Source of the DNA: Paragordius varius
Lineage: Eukaryota; Animalia; Nematomorpha
Reading direction: 5' to 3'
Length of the DNA: 64,000 nt
NCBI GenBank assembly: GCA_964247055.1
Contig: OZ176053.1
Span: 1,426,001 to 1,490,000, forward strand
Shown: piece by piece, positions 51,301 through 63,780 of the stretch
Layout of the letters: every line of letters begins with the position of its first letter
Numbering within the stretch: the first letter of the stretch is position 1
The notes under the pieces: generated by a model
Database searches by the model: none
The model's input: the letters and a program-made list of their open reading frames with translations, nothing else
What the model was told of the DNA's origin: nothing
Translations under genes and position numbers: made by a program

Positions 51301-54300
51301 TTGTAGTAAAGAAATTAATATTAGGAGTAAAAAATGAATATTAGTGAAAATAAAAAAGAAACAAAGGGCCATGGTGCACGAGTAAGCATTACCATGCCCA
51401 TCAAATAATGATTATTTTTTACCATTAACTAATGAAGGGGAAGAATATTACGTAGTAGTATATGGTATTACATACTCAATAAATGCCTTTCCTTTCCTTT
51501 TTCTTTCACTCATAGTAAAAAACAACTTCTTATTTAATGGGTGTATGGTAATGCTTGCTCGTGCACCATGGGGTACTTTGTTTCTTTTTTATTTTCACTA
51601 ATATTAATTCCTTTATTACAAATATTAATTCCTTTTTATTACAAATATTTTTTTATTTGATAGCAGTAACCTCGCCATGGGTAGATGGTGCAACGTAAGA
51701 ATAACGCGTAATGCAAACAATATCGGACACAGTCTTTAGCGGGCCAAGTTTAACGCCTGGAAACGAGGTTTCACAATCATACGCATAGTAACGAACAACG
51801 GTCCAAGTCTTACCAAAATCACTCGATTTTTCCACCAACATGGCGGCTGGGCGAAACGTTTTAAAGATCATGATGAGATGCGTGAAATGAAATTCGGCCT
51901 CCATATCCAAGCGAATTGACACTTTTTCTACGCCTACAAGAGTGCAAAAATATTATGCCACATTATATAATTATTCCATTATACCATATTTTGTGCAAAT
52001 AAATTACAGATAGAATTATCTTTAGGGGACAAAAAATTTTGAATCATTCTTATTATATTTTTAGTTATTTTTAATATTTAAAAAATTCTCAATAAAATAT
52101 ATTTTTTAACGCTGAAGACGGGCATACGTTATAGTGTCCGAAACCGTTCGCAAATTTTATTTATTGTATGACACATTTTTAAATAAATTTCCATATTTTT
52201 TTACTATTCACGTGTCGAAAATGAATTATATTCAACAAATTATACATAAGATAATGTGTTTAAATATGTTAAAATATTAACGTTGGTATTGTTAATTAAC
52301 GTTTGGGCCATATCAAACAAAATGTATAGCCACACAGTTTAAAAATAATTTAAAGGACAAGTTTAAACTCTTTCATTGCTTTTTTACCGTACATAAAAAA
52401 TGAAAATAACTTGGATTAATGAAAACGAAAAAAAAATCCAATTAAAATCCCTTACTTTTTACCTGAGAAATAAAAAAATAACTTAGAAATTAAAGAAAAG
52501 CGAATATTGAAAACTGATAAAGAACTAAAAGCCAGTAAAAATCCTATTTACCACTAGCAATAAAATTTCAAACCTACCAATTAAAACGAGATATTTTTTA
52601 GGCATTAATTAAAACTCACAAGACTTTAAGATATACTTAAAGTAAAATTACTAACCATTTTCAGCTTGCCACCAACGTTTATCTGTATCAGTTTTAGCGG
52701 AAGAAATAACATTTTGAATCCGATGACTGTTTGGGCTATAAAGGGGGTGATACGGGTTTTTACTGTCGCAGTAAAAACATTTTTTTTCATCCTCCAAGTG
52801 ACTCACTATACAGTATCTGTGGTATTATAAAAGAAATTAAAAGTACAATGTTTATAATTAGCTGAACTGGTTGGTATAATACTATTAAACCATATTTGCT
52901 GTTAAATCCAATTATAAAATTGGTTGCTTTATTATGAATTTAAACAATGTATATATTTCAAGTTACAATTAGATAAATAAAAGTATATTGAAATTGTTTA
53001 GATTTATAAAGTGAATGTAAAAATTGCAAAAATCTATTATTTAGTAAAAAAAATTATAAAGCGATATATTGTTTGTTAAATTAAAAACTTTAAAACTGAT
53101 ATAAAATATTTTAGCTTAACAACAACAAATACTTTTCATAACTTATTAATATTACAAGCTCAAATTTTTAATTGTAATAATAATTATAATAATAATCGGT
53201 ATTGAAAGGTTTTAAAATTTGAATCAAAGAATAAAAAAAACCTTGAACTATGATCTAAGCCACATGTTGAAGTGGCGGATAATTGATTTTCTCTGCCTAT
53301 GAGAAGATCTCCTGTTGCCGGGTAACAACTACCCTTTCCACATGAACCGTCTTGATTATAAAGTTTACTAAAACAATAAAAAAAGTTAAATTTTTAATAA
53401 AAATTAATATTTGGAACTATTGGAAAAGCATTTATATTTTTAAAATTATTTTGTGAAATGGAATAAAATTCTAACCTTTGTTTTGCATATTTAATGTAGA
53501 GATCTTCTTGTGTAGTAAGGCTTTGACGATTCCCTGGATAATTTGTGACTTGAGCTACATTAAATATTATATTTAAGCGTTCTTTACAATTTCGGTAAAT
53601 GATAGAAAATAACTATATTTTGTATAAATTATTATTTAAACATTTCAATTTTAATATTGTGTTAGAGCAAAATATATTTAAACGGGTAAAACTGTATTGG
53701 CAATTATTATTTAGAAACGTTTTCAACAAAAGAATATTTTCAGCTATGAGTTTACCGTAATGGTTTTGAACCAGAACAGATTTAAAAAATCATATTTTTT
53801 AATAATTTATATTGAATTTGAGATGATTCCATCTTGTCACGCACATTTATTAATAAAATTATAAATTTTAATACAAACGTCCTAAAAATAGTAGGTTGTG
53901 TATTTTGAATGTAACATGATAAAAAGGAAAAGGCTTAGTCCATTAAGTATGCATATAAAATTCAATTTATAATGTTAAAATCCCTATGGACTAATAAAAT
54001 TAACCCTACGATTTTTATGTGTTGTAAAAATTTTACTTGCAATGATAAAAAACATGATAGTAATAAAAGTGAAAAGGGCAATGGTCTATTTTACTCTATT
54101 TCTTTGAAACACAAAACAGCTATAAAAATATAAATTAGATACATTTTGTAAAAGCACATCATGATAATTTTAAATTAAACTAGTAATTAGCATCGATTGA
54201 TTAAAATAATTACATTTTTATTGGGTAATTAAAAGCGCTCCAAATGTCTGTTTATTATATTATAAATCGATTTTCTTAAGGTGTGGTTAGGAAAAATGGC

Positions 54301-55305
54301 ATTGTACAAATAGCATATACCTGTAAAATTACTTTGCTATATAATTAATTTTGTCTGATTACCTTTGTCTCATCTATCTGATTATCAGTAAAAATGTTTA
54401 ATTATTAATATAATTAACAGGTAAAAAGGAGTGTTAGATATACCGTACCGCATAATTAAACAAATATAATTATATATACATTGTTTAAATGGACACAAAC
54501 CCCAAGTGTCTTTGGTGTATATTTACTTATACTAATAAAATATACTTATGAAAAATATTTTTAATATATAGACAGACCACAATTATAACCAACAAAATAG
54601 TTTTTTGATGATGTAACTTGATGTTAAGAAAATTATTTATATATTTGTAATATTCAACACTTGATAAAAATGGAATGGTAAAAATGTGTTTGTTTTTACT
54701 TAGGTTTAAATCTTATTGAGGATATAAAACGTATAAATTTATTAACCAGGTGATACAAAATTACAATGTATAAATATTTACCTAATGTACAATGTTTCAA
54801 AATAATGACAGAACAGTAAGCATTCGAAATCATTTGATTTCAAAATTTTGATAATTTATTTCTATATTTTTTTTTAATTAATAATCTTTTATAAACAAAA
54901 TTGTGGAAGACACCAAGACGCTTAAAAAAGTTGTCATCTAGTTAAAAAGTTTCGAAAAAATGATTATCTCACAAAACATACTAATTACAATTAGAAAAAA
55001 ATAAATTATTCCCACGCTAATCAAAATCGCAAGAATATAGATACAGTTACAGGCATATTAAGATGAAAAGAGAGAGATAATGATGATAAAAATATGGAAA
55101 AAATCCCCCCTTCTTAAGAGTTTCAATCTGATATCATGCTATTTGTAGGAAAAGTTTCAAAATGAATACCAGATGTTAGGGCTATTTGGATCCCGAATAT
55201 GGAATATAATATGAGTAAAAAATTCAGAATTTCTAAAGAATGATTGAGTATGTTTTTTGTTTTTAATCTGATTTTTGATTTTGTGTGATAGTCTGCGGTT
55301 GCCAT
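30189..55305 (-). CDS. LanB1: Laminin subunit beta, complete, 31 coding exons, ~2145 aa
   Basis: Exons (5' to 3'): 55305-55170, 53554-53476, 53367-53242, 52816-52656, 51933-51671, 50675-50412, 50043-49923, 49464-49276, 48600-48421, 47962-47853, 46973-46743, 45154-44867, 44511-44109, 43777-43490, 43085-42942, 42401-42255, 41832-41733, 40648-40488, 40186-39740, 39373-38966, 38489-38250, 37443-37252, 36470-36290, 35835-35651, 35216-34996, 34331-34128, 33793-33605, 33288-32983, 31941-31765, 30929-30773, 30328-30189; all phases compatible (6438 nt). Signal peptide, beta-type LN ([28 protein letters not shown]), LE repeats, LF domain (WTGDGFVRV), beta knob ([10 protein letters not shown]), coiled coil ending MYRTCNP*. 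Confidence 0.97.
31057..31338. mobile_element. CAGTAAAAA-family MITE copy
   Basis: Same TIR cores (AAATTATACGGACAAAA, AAAAGACAACCATA / TATGGTTGTCTTTT) as 23033-23327; TA flanks. Confidence 0.75.
32631..32953. mobile_element. MITE, TACCATTT-TIR family (copy C)
   Basis: TACCATTTAGAGTTCAAATTCACCC ... GGGTGAAATTGAATAGTAAATGGTA with tandem subrepeats on both arms. Confidence 0.85.
36999..37248. mobile_element. CAGTAAAAA-family MITE inserted in the TA of a laminin 5' splice site
   Basis: Family cores at 37010-37055 and 37198-37240; right TA flank (37249-37250) is +2/+3 of the GTA donor at 37251. Confidence 0.65.
40649..41510 (-). repeat. Tandem array (~100-114 bp unit) of duplicated laminin 3' splice sites
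   Basis: Unit on minus strand ATATTCACA(C/T)AT(G/A)AATGTAG|TTGTGAACCGCGTTTCTAATCAG...; acceptor AG copies at 40650, 40761, 40861, 40961, 41073, 41187, 41299, 41407 plus a partial unit near 41500. Confidence 0.95.
42520..42722. repeat. Long imperfect inverted repeat (foldback, ~85-bp arms) in a laminin intron
   Basis: Left arm ...TTCGTTAAATGAGTATAAATATTTAGTAAAGAATGGAAAAAAACAAGAGGTCTATGGTA pairs with right arm TACCATAGACATTTGTTTTTTCCATTCTTTACCAAATATTTATATTCATTTAACGAA... Confidence 0.85.
45440..46800 (-). repeat. Degenerate tandem array (~160-190 bp unit) of the laminin exon 11 3' end plus 5' splice site
   Basis: Repeated FEAEDI(V/A)PE(T/M)L(D/N)-encoding segments and GAAAGTTTTTGGTTAC motif; GT donor copies at 46742 (true), 46582, 46421, 46239; more eroded units toward 45450. 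Confidence 0.9.
46978..47210. mobile_element. Palindromic MITE-like element (ACAACTGTTATTAC family)
   Basis: ATAACAGTTGTTAAAATCCGTAATAT pairs with ATATTACGGATTTTAACAACTGTTAT; half copies near 18300-18360 and 49500-49570. Confidence 0.6.
47418..47668. mobile_element. CAGTAAAAA-family MITE copy
   Basis: TA|CAGTAAAAATTTAAATTATA start and ATGGTTGTCTTT..GACCGTATAATTTCGATTTT end; another half copy at ~48230-48318. Confidence 0.7.
48635..48875. mobile_element. MITE, TACCATTT-TIR family (copy D, one end truncated)
   Basis: Shares CACCCTAAAAATAAATTATGTGTTTTCGGGCTAATATAACTCATC core and GAACTCTAAATGGTA end. Confidence 0.75.
51337..51605. repeat. Long imperfect inverted repeat (foldback, ~75-bp arms) in a laminin intron
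   Basis: AATATTAGTGAAAATAAAAAAGAAACAAAG..CCATGGTGCACGAGTAAGCATTACCAT pairs with ATGGTAATGCTTGCTCGTGCACCATGG..CTTTGTTTCTTTTTTATTTTCACTAATATT. Confidence 0.88.
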
Positions 55306-57239
55306 AATTGCACTTTGAATGTCACGTGGTGTATGAAGGGCAGACGATTCTTCACCTTTTCCGGATTGAAAATCAAAATGGCTATCAGGACTAATAAACA
55401 TTTTCATTCCGTAAAATTAAGTATGGAATATTTATTTTAAGGTTTGGACAAAAAACCCAGATATCAATGAAGGTTATTAAATGATATCGCGATAAAAAAG
55501 GTTAAGGCTATTTTCGATAATTTTTTTCATAAATATTCACTTTAGGATTCATGAAGCATGTTCTGTAAATTGATGTTATTGAATCTATAAGAATATATAT
55601 GTATGTTATAACTATAATTAAGAAAATATAACTGTTTATGTTAAATATCAAAGTATGGATCAAAGAAACGCATTTGTTATGTACATTTATTGAAAAAAAT
55701 AATTATGTAAAAGGGTTGCTGTTTTTCAAGTGGATAGTTGAAACAAAGTTTATGTAATTTTAAAATTTCACGTATAGAAAAGCAAAAATTATGTTTTCTC
55801 TTGTGGAAAACACATATGGAAATATATTGCAGATGTAAGGCAAAAGAGCAATTAATTTCCTTTTTATCTATTTATAAACAAAATATCCCTGCCCCCATAT
55901 TATGAATGAAAAAGATATGAAGAATTTTAAGGAAGTGCATAATTATAATATTCATGCAATTTATTAATTATAGGATGTCAATTTATTTGTTTTATTTATT
56001 TATATATGTATTATTGGCCTGAAAAATTAAATTATAGTTATTTATAAACAAAAATTACAAATCAATAAATAACCATATTTTTACATTGATTTTAATTTTA
56101 AAAATACCTTGAACTTGAAATTGCCTGAAAAATACACACATGACACCGTTCATATTAATGTGCTTTTATGATCAATTATATATTAAACAGAATTAAACGG
56201 CAGGAAAACGTTTTTTTAAGGTTTGCGCTTAAACATTTCCCAAATCTAGAATAAATTTTTAATAGAATTCCATATTGTTTATAAAAAGAGTTTAAAGTTC
56301 ATAAATCTAAGTGCCGAAGATTTGACTTTAATTGATTATTTTAATCGATTCGGTACACATCCCAGTCAATTGTTTATAAAATTTATGCAGGGTATTTGTA
56401 CTTGGCCAAATTAAAATATATTAAAAATAGAGGTCACTATTTTTTATTTAATCAGTTGGTTTTGTCATTTCACGGGTAAAAGATATATTGATTAATATCA
56501 AATAAAACAATATTTATAATAAATTTTATTAACACTTCGATTCAAATTAGAGTTTTTAATTACCTAGAAATTATATTATGATTTTTTATAAAGTACTGAA
56601 GGAAACCATCCCAATTTAAATTTATGCCTCTATTCTAATAAAAATTATATAAATAGGCCAAAATATGTAAATAAAATTTTGTGGAAAAAAAGCTCCATGT
56701 CAAACTACTTCGACGCTATTTTTATTTACAAATTTGCAAAATATCGTCTTCATTTAATTTTAAGGGTAAAATTAAAGCTATTTTGTTATTTAAATTACAT
56801 CTAACATTGAAATAGAAAAGCGGTTTATTTTGTACACTAGTCGACAAATTTGGACATTTTTGAGCACCACCACTCAAACTTTTAAATTATGACTAATTTC
56901 AGTGTTTTATAACCGAATGTGAAAAAATTTTTGGTCCCGTCAATCAGAATTTTGAAATATTATAGGGTTTTCAATTTTCAAAAACAAGAAAAAATCGAGA
57001 GAAAATTAAATATAACAATAAAATGTTATTATATTATAAACTTAATATCATTTGATAAAGCGTTTTAAACTCTATCTTTTGATAAATATGTGATTTAAAT
57101 ATCAGAGAGAAAAAAATAGTACGGACTTAAACGTCAAAATTTAGTCTTTTTCTTTCAAGTGAATTTTTAATACGTATAAAAAAATACTAAAAAGGCATTG
57201 TATGGTTAAAACCTTCGGCTTTTAGATAGACTATTTTTT

Positions 57240-57690
57240 TTGTTAGTTTTCGTTCTTTCTTATTAGGCTTTTTTTCTTGAGTTGGTTCTTACAAAAAGTC
57301 CTTTATTTATACCTAGTGGATATACTTTATTTTTTAAAATTATTGGTTGTTTTGTATTTTTAATTTCTGATGGATGTTGTGTAGCCACTTTTAGTAGAAT
57401 TTACTATTATGGGATTGGTTGTAGAATTTATCTAACTTTTTTCTGTGAATTGGGTAATTTGATATGTCAATTTGCCTGGATTTTGCTTGCAAGTCTCTCT
57501 TATCGGGCTTTACGATTACTTATTGTTATCTTTGCCATATCTGGCATAATTGGATCGCTTGGGGATATGCAGAGCTTGTGCAGCCGCCCGGATCTATCAC
57601 ACTATACATAAGTCCCTTTTAGATTTTTAATACTTTGGCTCTTAGCTTGTTTAGTATCTTATTTAATGCCTAGAATTTTGTTATTCATGC
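57240..57690 (-). pseudogene. Decayed coding relic of unknown origin
   Basis: Coding-like composition; one minus-strand frame reads K/Q/I/P-rich text broken by several in-frame stops; the + ORF 57282-57611 is its antisense shadow. Confidence 0.35.
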
Positions 57691-60067
57691 ATGGAATATT
57701 ACTTGTATCGACTTATTCGTTTGAATATTTAAACATATGTACGAGGAATGATTGTTATTTTTAAATTAAATACAAATTTTAAAATTAAATTTCGGAAAAA
57801 TCCTATTGGTGGCCTCAATTTTCTTTTTTGTTTTGGCCTTTCCATGCCATTAGGTATCAGAAAATGCAAAAATAATGGGGTGGTGCAAAACCTTGTTGAG
57901 CAGTGGTATTATTTTTAAATTTTACCATTGTTCACGTCACGTTGACTAAATTACCTTTCGGTTTTAGCTAAAAATAGGTAATATCAAGTATTTTTTATAT
58001 ACTGTTTATTAATGTTATATAAGTACAAAATTTTGCCATAGTTTCGATTCCTTCCATATTTTTCAAAGAATTTAATTTTAAACAGGCCTGGGGTATTTAA
58101 TTACCCCAATTCGAATCGAAGGATTGAAATGAATGTGTTGTATCCAAGTATTAAATTTGGACTTTATAAGTCAATTTTAGACCCCTCTAATAGCTTTAAA
58201 ATTGAAGCCGGGTTGTTGAGAGAACCTGATAAGATTTTATATTATTATATAACAGATTATATACGGTAGTATTCAAACCACGACCCACGGGCTTCTCGCA
58301 ACCCTGATTTCAAATTGTTATATGCATCTGGGTAAATAATTGTAAATGTATCTGAAAGCCATTTTGCTATATATTATTCACAGCCTTTTAGAAAAGAAAT
58401 TTATAATATCAAAAATATTTTGAGAAATTTATTTATATGGATATTTTATTCGGGAAAATTTGTTAAAGAGTAATTTATGATTTGAATCAATTCTCTAACA
58501 AACGCTTTAAGATATAATGATTCTTTTTTAAACTTTGATAAGGCCATTTCTATTACCCCAGTTAAAAAAAATCGTGCCTTCAAATTTAATATGAATTGTG
58601 TTTTTCACAAAAACAATAAAATTAGAATCCAAACGCTTTTTGACTCGAAATTCGGAAGAGAAATGTTCAAGCATTATCAAATTAAATCACTGCTAATGTC
58701 ATGATGAAACAGATTCTTTAAGAAAAATCTATAATTACTATAGTGATTTTGATTTTGGCCCGAGGTTTTGAAAGTTATTTAAATTTTGTGCTAACTGCTT
58801 CATATCAAAAAATGGTAAAATTTGCGCTGAATGCTATAAACTACATATAAAAAGCAAAATACTATTTTATAAAATATCAATTTTTAGATGTTGCCTCCGA
58901 TCCCAAAATTTACAGTTCTTCTAAAATGGGCTAATTCTCTTAAAGTAATCACAATGCCGAGATGGCGCGATAAATTTTAACACTCCTTGACCATTTGGAG
59001 TAGTTTTATTTATTAAAGCTTCAAATTTTGAATATCTTAAATAAAAAATTTAAAATGCGATAAAAAAACATTTATAAATACAAGAGATTTATAAAATACT
59101 ATAATATATTTTTTTTTAATTATAGCTATTTGCCAAAATCTGCAAAAATATTTCATGAAACTGCTAATTAGGAAATTTATCATTTTGTTTCATTTTTTAT
59201 AGCTATATTATTTAAAACTTTGTTAAATAATGTTTGATAATTATATTTAGCTAAATCAACTTTTGCAATAAGATAGAATTTCACAAATATGCCCTAAGGC
59301 AAAAAACAATAGATAAAATATACCGTCTATAAAAAGTGCAAATATATTTAAGTGTTATTATATTTACTATAAGCAGTGCAACAAAAAACCATTCATATGA
59401 TCTCATAGGATTCTTATAAGGATTTTAATATTGTAAACGTATTTTATAGGAGGTCGCTAAGATAAGCTTTCTTTGAATAAAGCGGGAAATTACCGATATT
59501 CTGCTATAAAAATCTTCTCATATACTACATAAAAAAATTTAAAAAAATTATATTTTGATTAAATATTTAAATTTGGCATTTTGTTAGATATTTTACTGTA
59601 TTTTGTATGATGAAAATTATATTTATTGTTGAATTAAAAAACTAATTTTAAACAAATTTCTATTGTAAACATTTTTTCGCGGTAATCTCCTTGTTGCGCG
59701 ATTCACTCAAATTTTATTTTTCCGAAAAACAAAATATTTATTGGCTAAAATCTCACCCTTTTTGATATTTTAGAAAAAAAACAGATCTGATTTAAAATCT
59801 TGTAATATTTTTTGTGATCCAACGTTTATATTTAAATGATTTCACCATCACCTATGAACACAAATATATTATAAATTATAATTTTCTTTTAAATTTCCAG
59901 TTCATAAAAATTAATTTTAAGATTTTATAAAAATAAATCTTGGTATAAATATAACTTTTTATGATATACTACATTTTTAGGTTCAAACAATAATAATAGG
60001 TTAGAACGCATTCATATGATTCTATTATAATTAGATGTTTTAGTTTTATATTTGTTAGCAATTCTTT

Positions 60068-63000
60068 ATGGCAACTGCAAGCGAATCCAGAGAAAATTTG
60101 GAAAGAGTCAGTAAAGAAAGGCGGAAATCTGTTTTCACGGAATCATATGATCCGGAAGAAGATCCCTATCCATTTACTAAAGTAATATTTTTTTCAGAAA
60201 ATCACACTTTTTTGGCAGAAAACGCCATTTTTCTAATATATATTATAAATGTTATGGAGATTAATTTTTTAGCCTACCTTTGCAATTATAAGTCATAAAA
60301 CTTCCTAAATAGGTGTCTTTATGCATTAAATTTTTGTTTCATAAAGCCACCTATTGCTTGGTAGGAAGTACTATGACTTCTTATTGCAAAGGTAGGCTAA
60401 GAAAATAATCTCCATCACATGTTTTATATTTAATATTAATTTTTGTTTTTTGTAAAATTTAAACTTTTCAAGTCTTCGCTCGGGCTTCGAACTGGGCGCT
60501 AAAATGTAAATAAACTTTCGAGAAATTTCAATTTCGATGGATTTTAAAAAATTAAACATATTTCAAAACTGCATGGATCCGTTTTTTTTTCAGATCGTTT
60601 TTAAAAGCGAATATTCATTGATGGTGTATCTGGTAGCAAAAGTGATTATACAGCCTCTATAATAGATTAAAAATATTAAATAAATTATCCATATCATAAT
60701 CCTCAGACATTAATTGCAAAATGGACTTGAGTTAAGAGCTTAATAAGCTCTTACTGGTTTTTGTTTAATTTGAGCTGGGTAAATTTTTTCATTTTATAAA
60801 TGGAAAACCAAATTAATTGATTTTCTTAACACCCAACTAACAAATCTATATAATAATAAAATTGAAATGTAGGCTTCAAGAAAATTTTCTGGAAAACAGG
60901 TACGCCTATTCAAATTCAAAAGAGAAGATTTTTATTCATTATTAATTGCGCCGCCTATAGTGAAATCATCTAACCCTTTAAGCCGCACCCCGTGGGAGTT
61001 TTTTTGAAAAATGTCCAATTAAGACAATTTCGAAGTGTGTGATCCATTCGATTTACTAATGCGCCGATGATATACGATCTACTTCTGTTCAATTTACTCC
61101 AATGTTTAACCGGAATAAGGCATAATAATTTTTGTAATTTTTTGCCAAGTTTCGAGATAAAAAATTAATGGCCTTAGATATTTATTCACAATATAAAGGC
61201 AAAATTTATTGAACAACACTTTTTTTATTAGACGCTAGGTAGGGCTACCTTCTCTGTAAAAAGCGCTCCCATATAAAATAACTTGGCTTTATAATTTTTG
61301 GATAAATATATGACCTTATAATTAACAACTTACATGGTTTTAGCTATTTTAGGTGTAATGACAAAAATTTTAGTTAAGAGCCGATGAGTATGGCTCCAAC
61401 GTCTGTAAAAGATGTCATCAAATAAAAGTAACGTACGTATTTTCACCTATATGTTATGAAAGCATTTGAATTCAAATAATTTTTTTAGATATACCATTTT
61501 CAGTTCAAATTCACCCTAAAAATAATTTATGTGTTTTCGAACTAATATAACTCATTATTAATATGAAATATATCTTTATGGCATAGTTTATTTTTTATTG
61601 CGTATTATTTTAATTTAAAACAAAATTTTATTTTTTAAAAATATATAAAAATATGGCTAATTTTTAATCTTAAAAACATATTTAATTGAGGTTGAAATTG
61701 ATTTGTTCGATGGTGAATATGAATTGTTCAAGGGTAATTTTGAATTATTTAAGGGTGAATTTGAATTGTAAATGGTATATTACCCGATAAAGACAAAAAT
61801 TTTAAACCAACGCTTCTTTTTAAATTACGCCTGGTTAGAGGTAAAAATCACGTTGAAGCTATTTATAGAAAACCTGCGAAACCATTTGGCTTTAATCATA
61901 ATTTTAGGTATTTCCCATTAACAGGCTATAATTTTAGTCAGTGGTTTTTTACATTAATTACTGAGTAAAGTTTAATTCTGTGTTAATGCAACCATATAAA
62001 GTAACGTGGCTTAGAAGCAACAATCCCATATGAATAATAATCCTATTGACTTAAAGGTACAGGTTACATTTAAGCGCTTTTATTAGCTCCCCAGTACCCC
62101 ATTTAAAATATGCCTCCAGAGAAAATTTTATTTTCGAACTTCATATTGTTTCGAAGTTTCCTGTCACTTTTTATTCTTTAGGTAAAAAATCATTACTACT
62201 TAAGGATGGTTTGTAACTATCAAAAGTTTTATTGAATTAACGAATCATTACGGTTAAGTTTTTTTTTGTTTCTTTGTGAGTTTAAATGCTTACTTTTACA
62301 ATTTTAAAGTAGATTTAAATAAAATAAAACCAATAATTGAACCCAAAATATATAATAAATGTACTACCTTTTAGACAACATACCCCAAAACAGATGAACA
62401 GCGGGCTAAAATACGTGAAGGACTTAAAAGTGCCTGGCTCCTCAAATCCCTGGACGATGAAGAAATCGAAGAGGTTATAGATGCCATTTTTACACTGCCC
62501 GTCAAAAAGGGGGACACGGTATAATAGATTGATTCAAATGAAATTAATAAGATTAAAAATTGGCCTTACAATAACAGAAAAAAAGAAATCATCAGATGAT
62601 TGGTTAAGTATGCATAAATATCCCATATTATCTGTTAAAAATGGCAAATAAAAACAGATTCAATACATATGATTAATCAAAAAATGGCTCACAAAGTTTT
62701 TTAATAGATTAATAGGTAATCTATAGGTAATTAATTTGTTTATAATCACTGTTTTTTTTGAATAATTTGCCCGTCCAATGATTTTAAGTTCCTCCAAAAG
62801 TAATATTTTTATGAAAAGAGAAATTTGTATGAAAAAGTAGCCACATAAAGTAATTAATATGGACAAACTTGGTATATTAATTAATTAAACTCAACTGCTA
62901 ATATCATTACATTAACATTTTTTCCTATCAATAAGTTTTTTTTATTTATTGATTTAAAAGAAGTATATCTATATATTTGCCATTTATTTTATTGTATTAT

Positions 63001-63780
63001 GAACACCTATTCCATCCTATTTTCTAGATTATTGAACAAGGGCAACCAGGAGAAAATTTTTACATTATAGAAAATGGTAGCTATGATGTTTTTGTAGCTT
63101 CCGCAAACTCACCCTCAAACCCTAAAAAGGTAAAAATGGGAAAGAAAATTAAGCATAAAGAAATTTTTTTAATATATTTAAGGCTTAAAATCCAATATTA
63201 AAACGAATTTTACCGATGAAGTTTTTTATATGGTATATGGTCCGAAAACTAGCCAGCAATTTTATCATTAACAGACCGGATTGAGTTTTTGATTTTGTTC
63301 AATGCCTCTTTGTTTTTAAAACTATTCAATTATAATTATAATTCATATAACCAATGATTTTTGATACGCAATATACTAATATTATATTTTTGTTTTACAC
63401 AAAAATTTTATATTAAGCATTTTAATTGTGCTCATCTTTTGTGCAGCAAAGTCTTATGATTAAACTTATTTTTAAAGACTTATATTGATAAATATTATGC
63501 TGCCTTTTATGCATTATCGATTTGTTTTTACAAAAGGTTTCAAGCTATCAGGACAGCGGATATTTTGGAGAAATTGCTTTGTTATGCAATTTACCCCGAA
63601 CCGCTACGGTTATTGCCACAAGCGATGGATCTTTGTGGGGCGTAGATCGTCAAACATTTCGTAGAATCGTAATACGCAAAGCGTATGAAAAGCGAGAATA
63701 CCACAAAGAACTCCTTAAAGGCTGCTCACTTTTTACGAACCTTGAGGAATATGAACAATTTAAAATATTGGATGCTTTTG
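60068..63780 (+). CDS. Pka-R2: cAMP-dependent protein kinase type II regulatory subunit (5' part; continues beyond window)
   Basis: Exons 60068(or 60059)-60181, 62375-62518, 63028-63129, 63537-63780 in phase. RRKSV substrate-type inhibitor site followed by ESYDPEED (RII signature), YPKTDEQR, FYIIENGSYDVFV, phosphate-binding cassette FGEIALLCNLPRTAT, VDRQTFRRIV. Confidence 0.93.
61492..61777. mobile_element. MITE, TACCATTT-TIR family (copy E)
   Basis: TACCATTTTCAGTTCAAATTCACCC ... GGGTGAATTTGAATTGTAAATGGTA. Confidence 0.85.

Noticed and set aside
61374-61433. Possible 60-nt phase-0 cassette exon in PKA-RII intron 1 (LRADEYGSNVCKRCHQNKSN)
   Set aside because: AG/GT pairs are frequent by chance in this composition, and the flanking RII exons already join without a gap.
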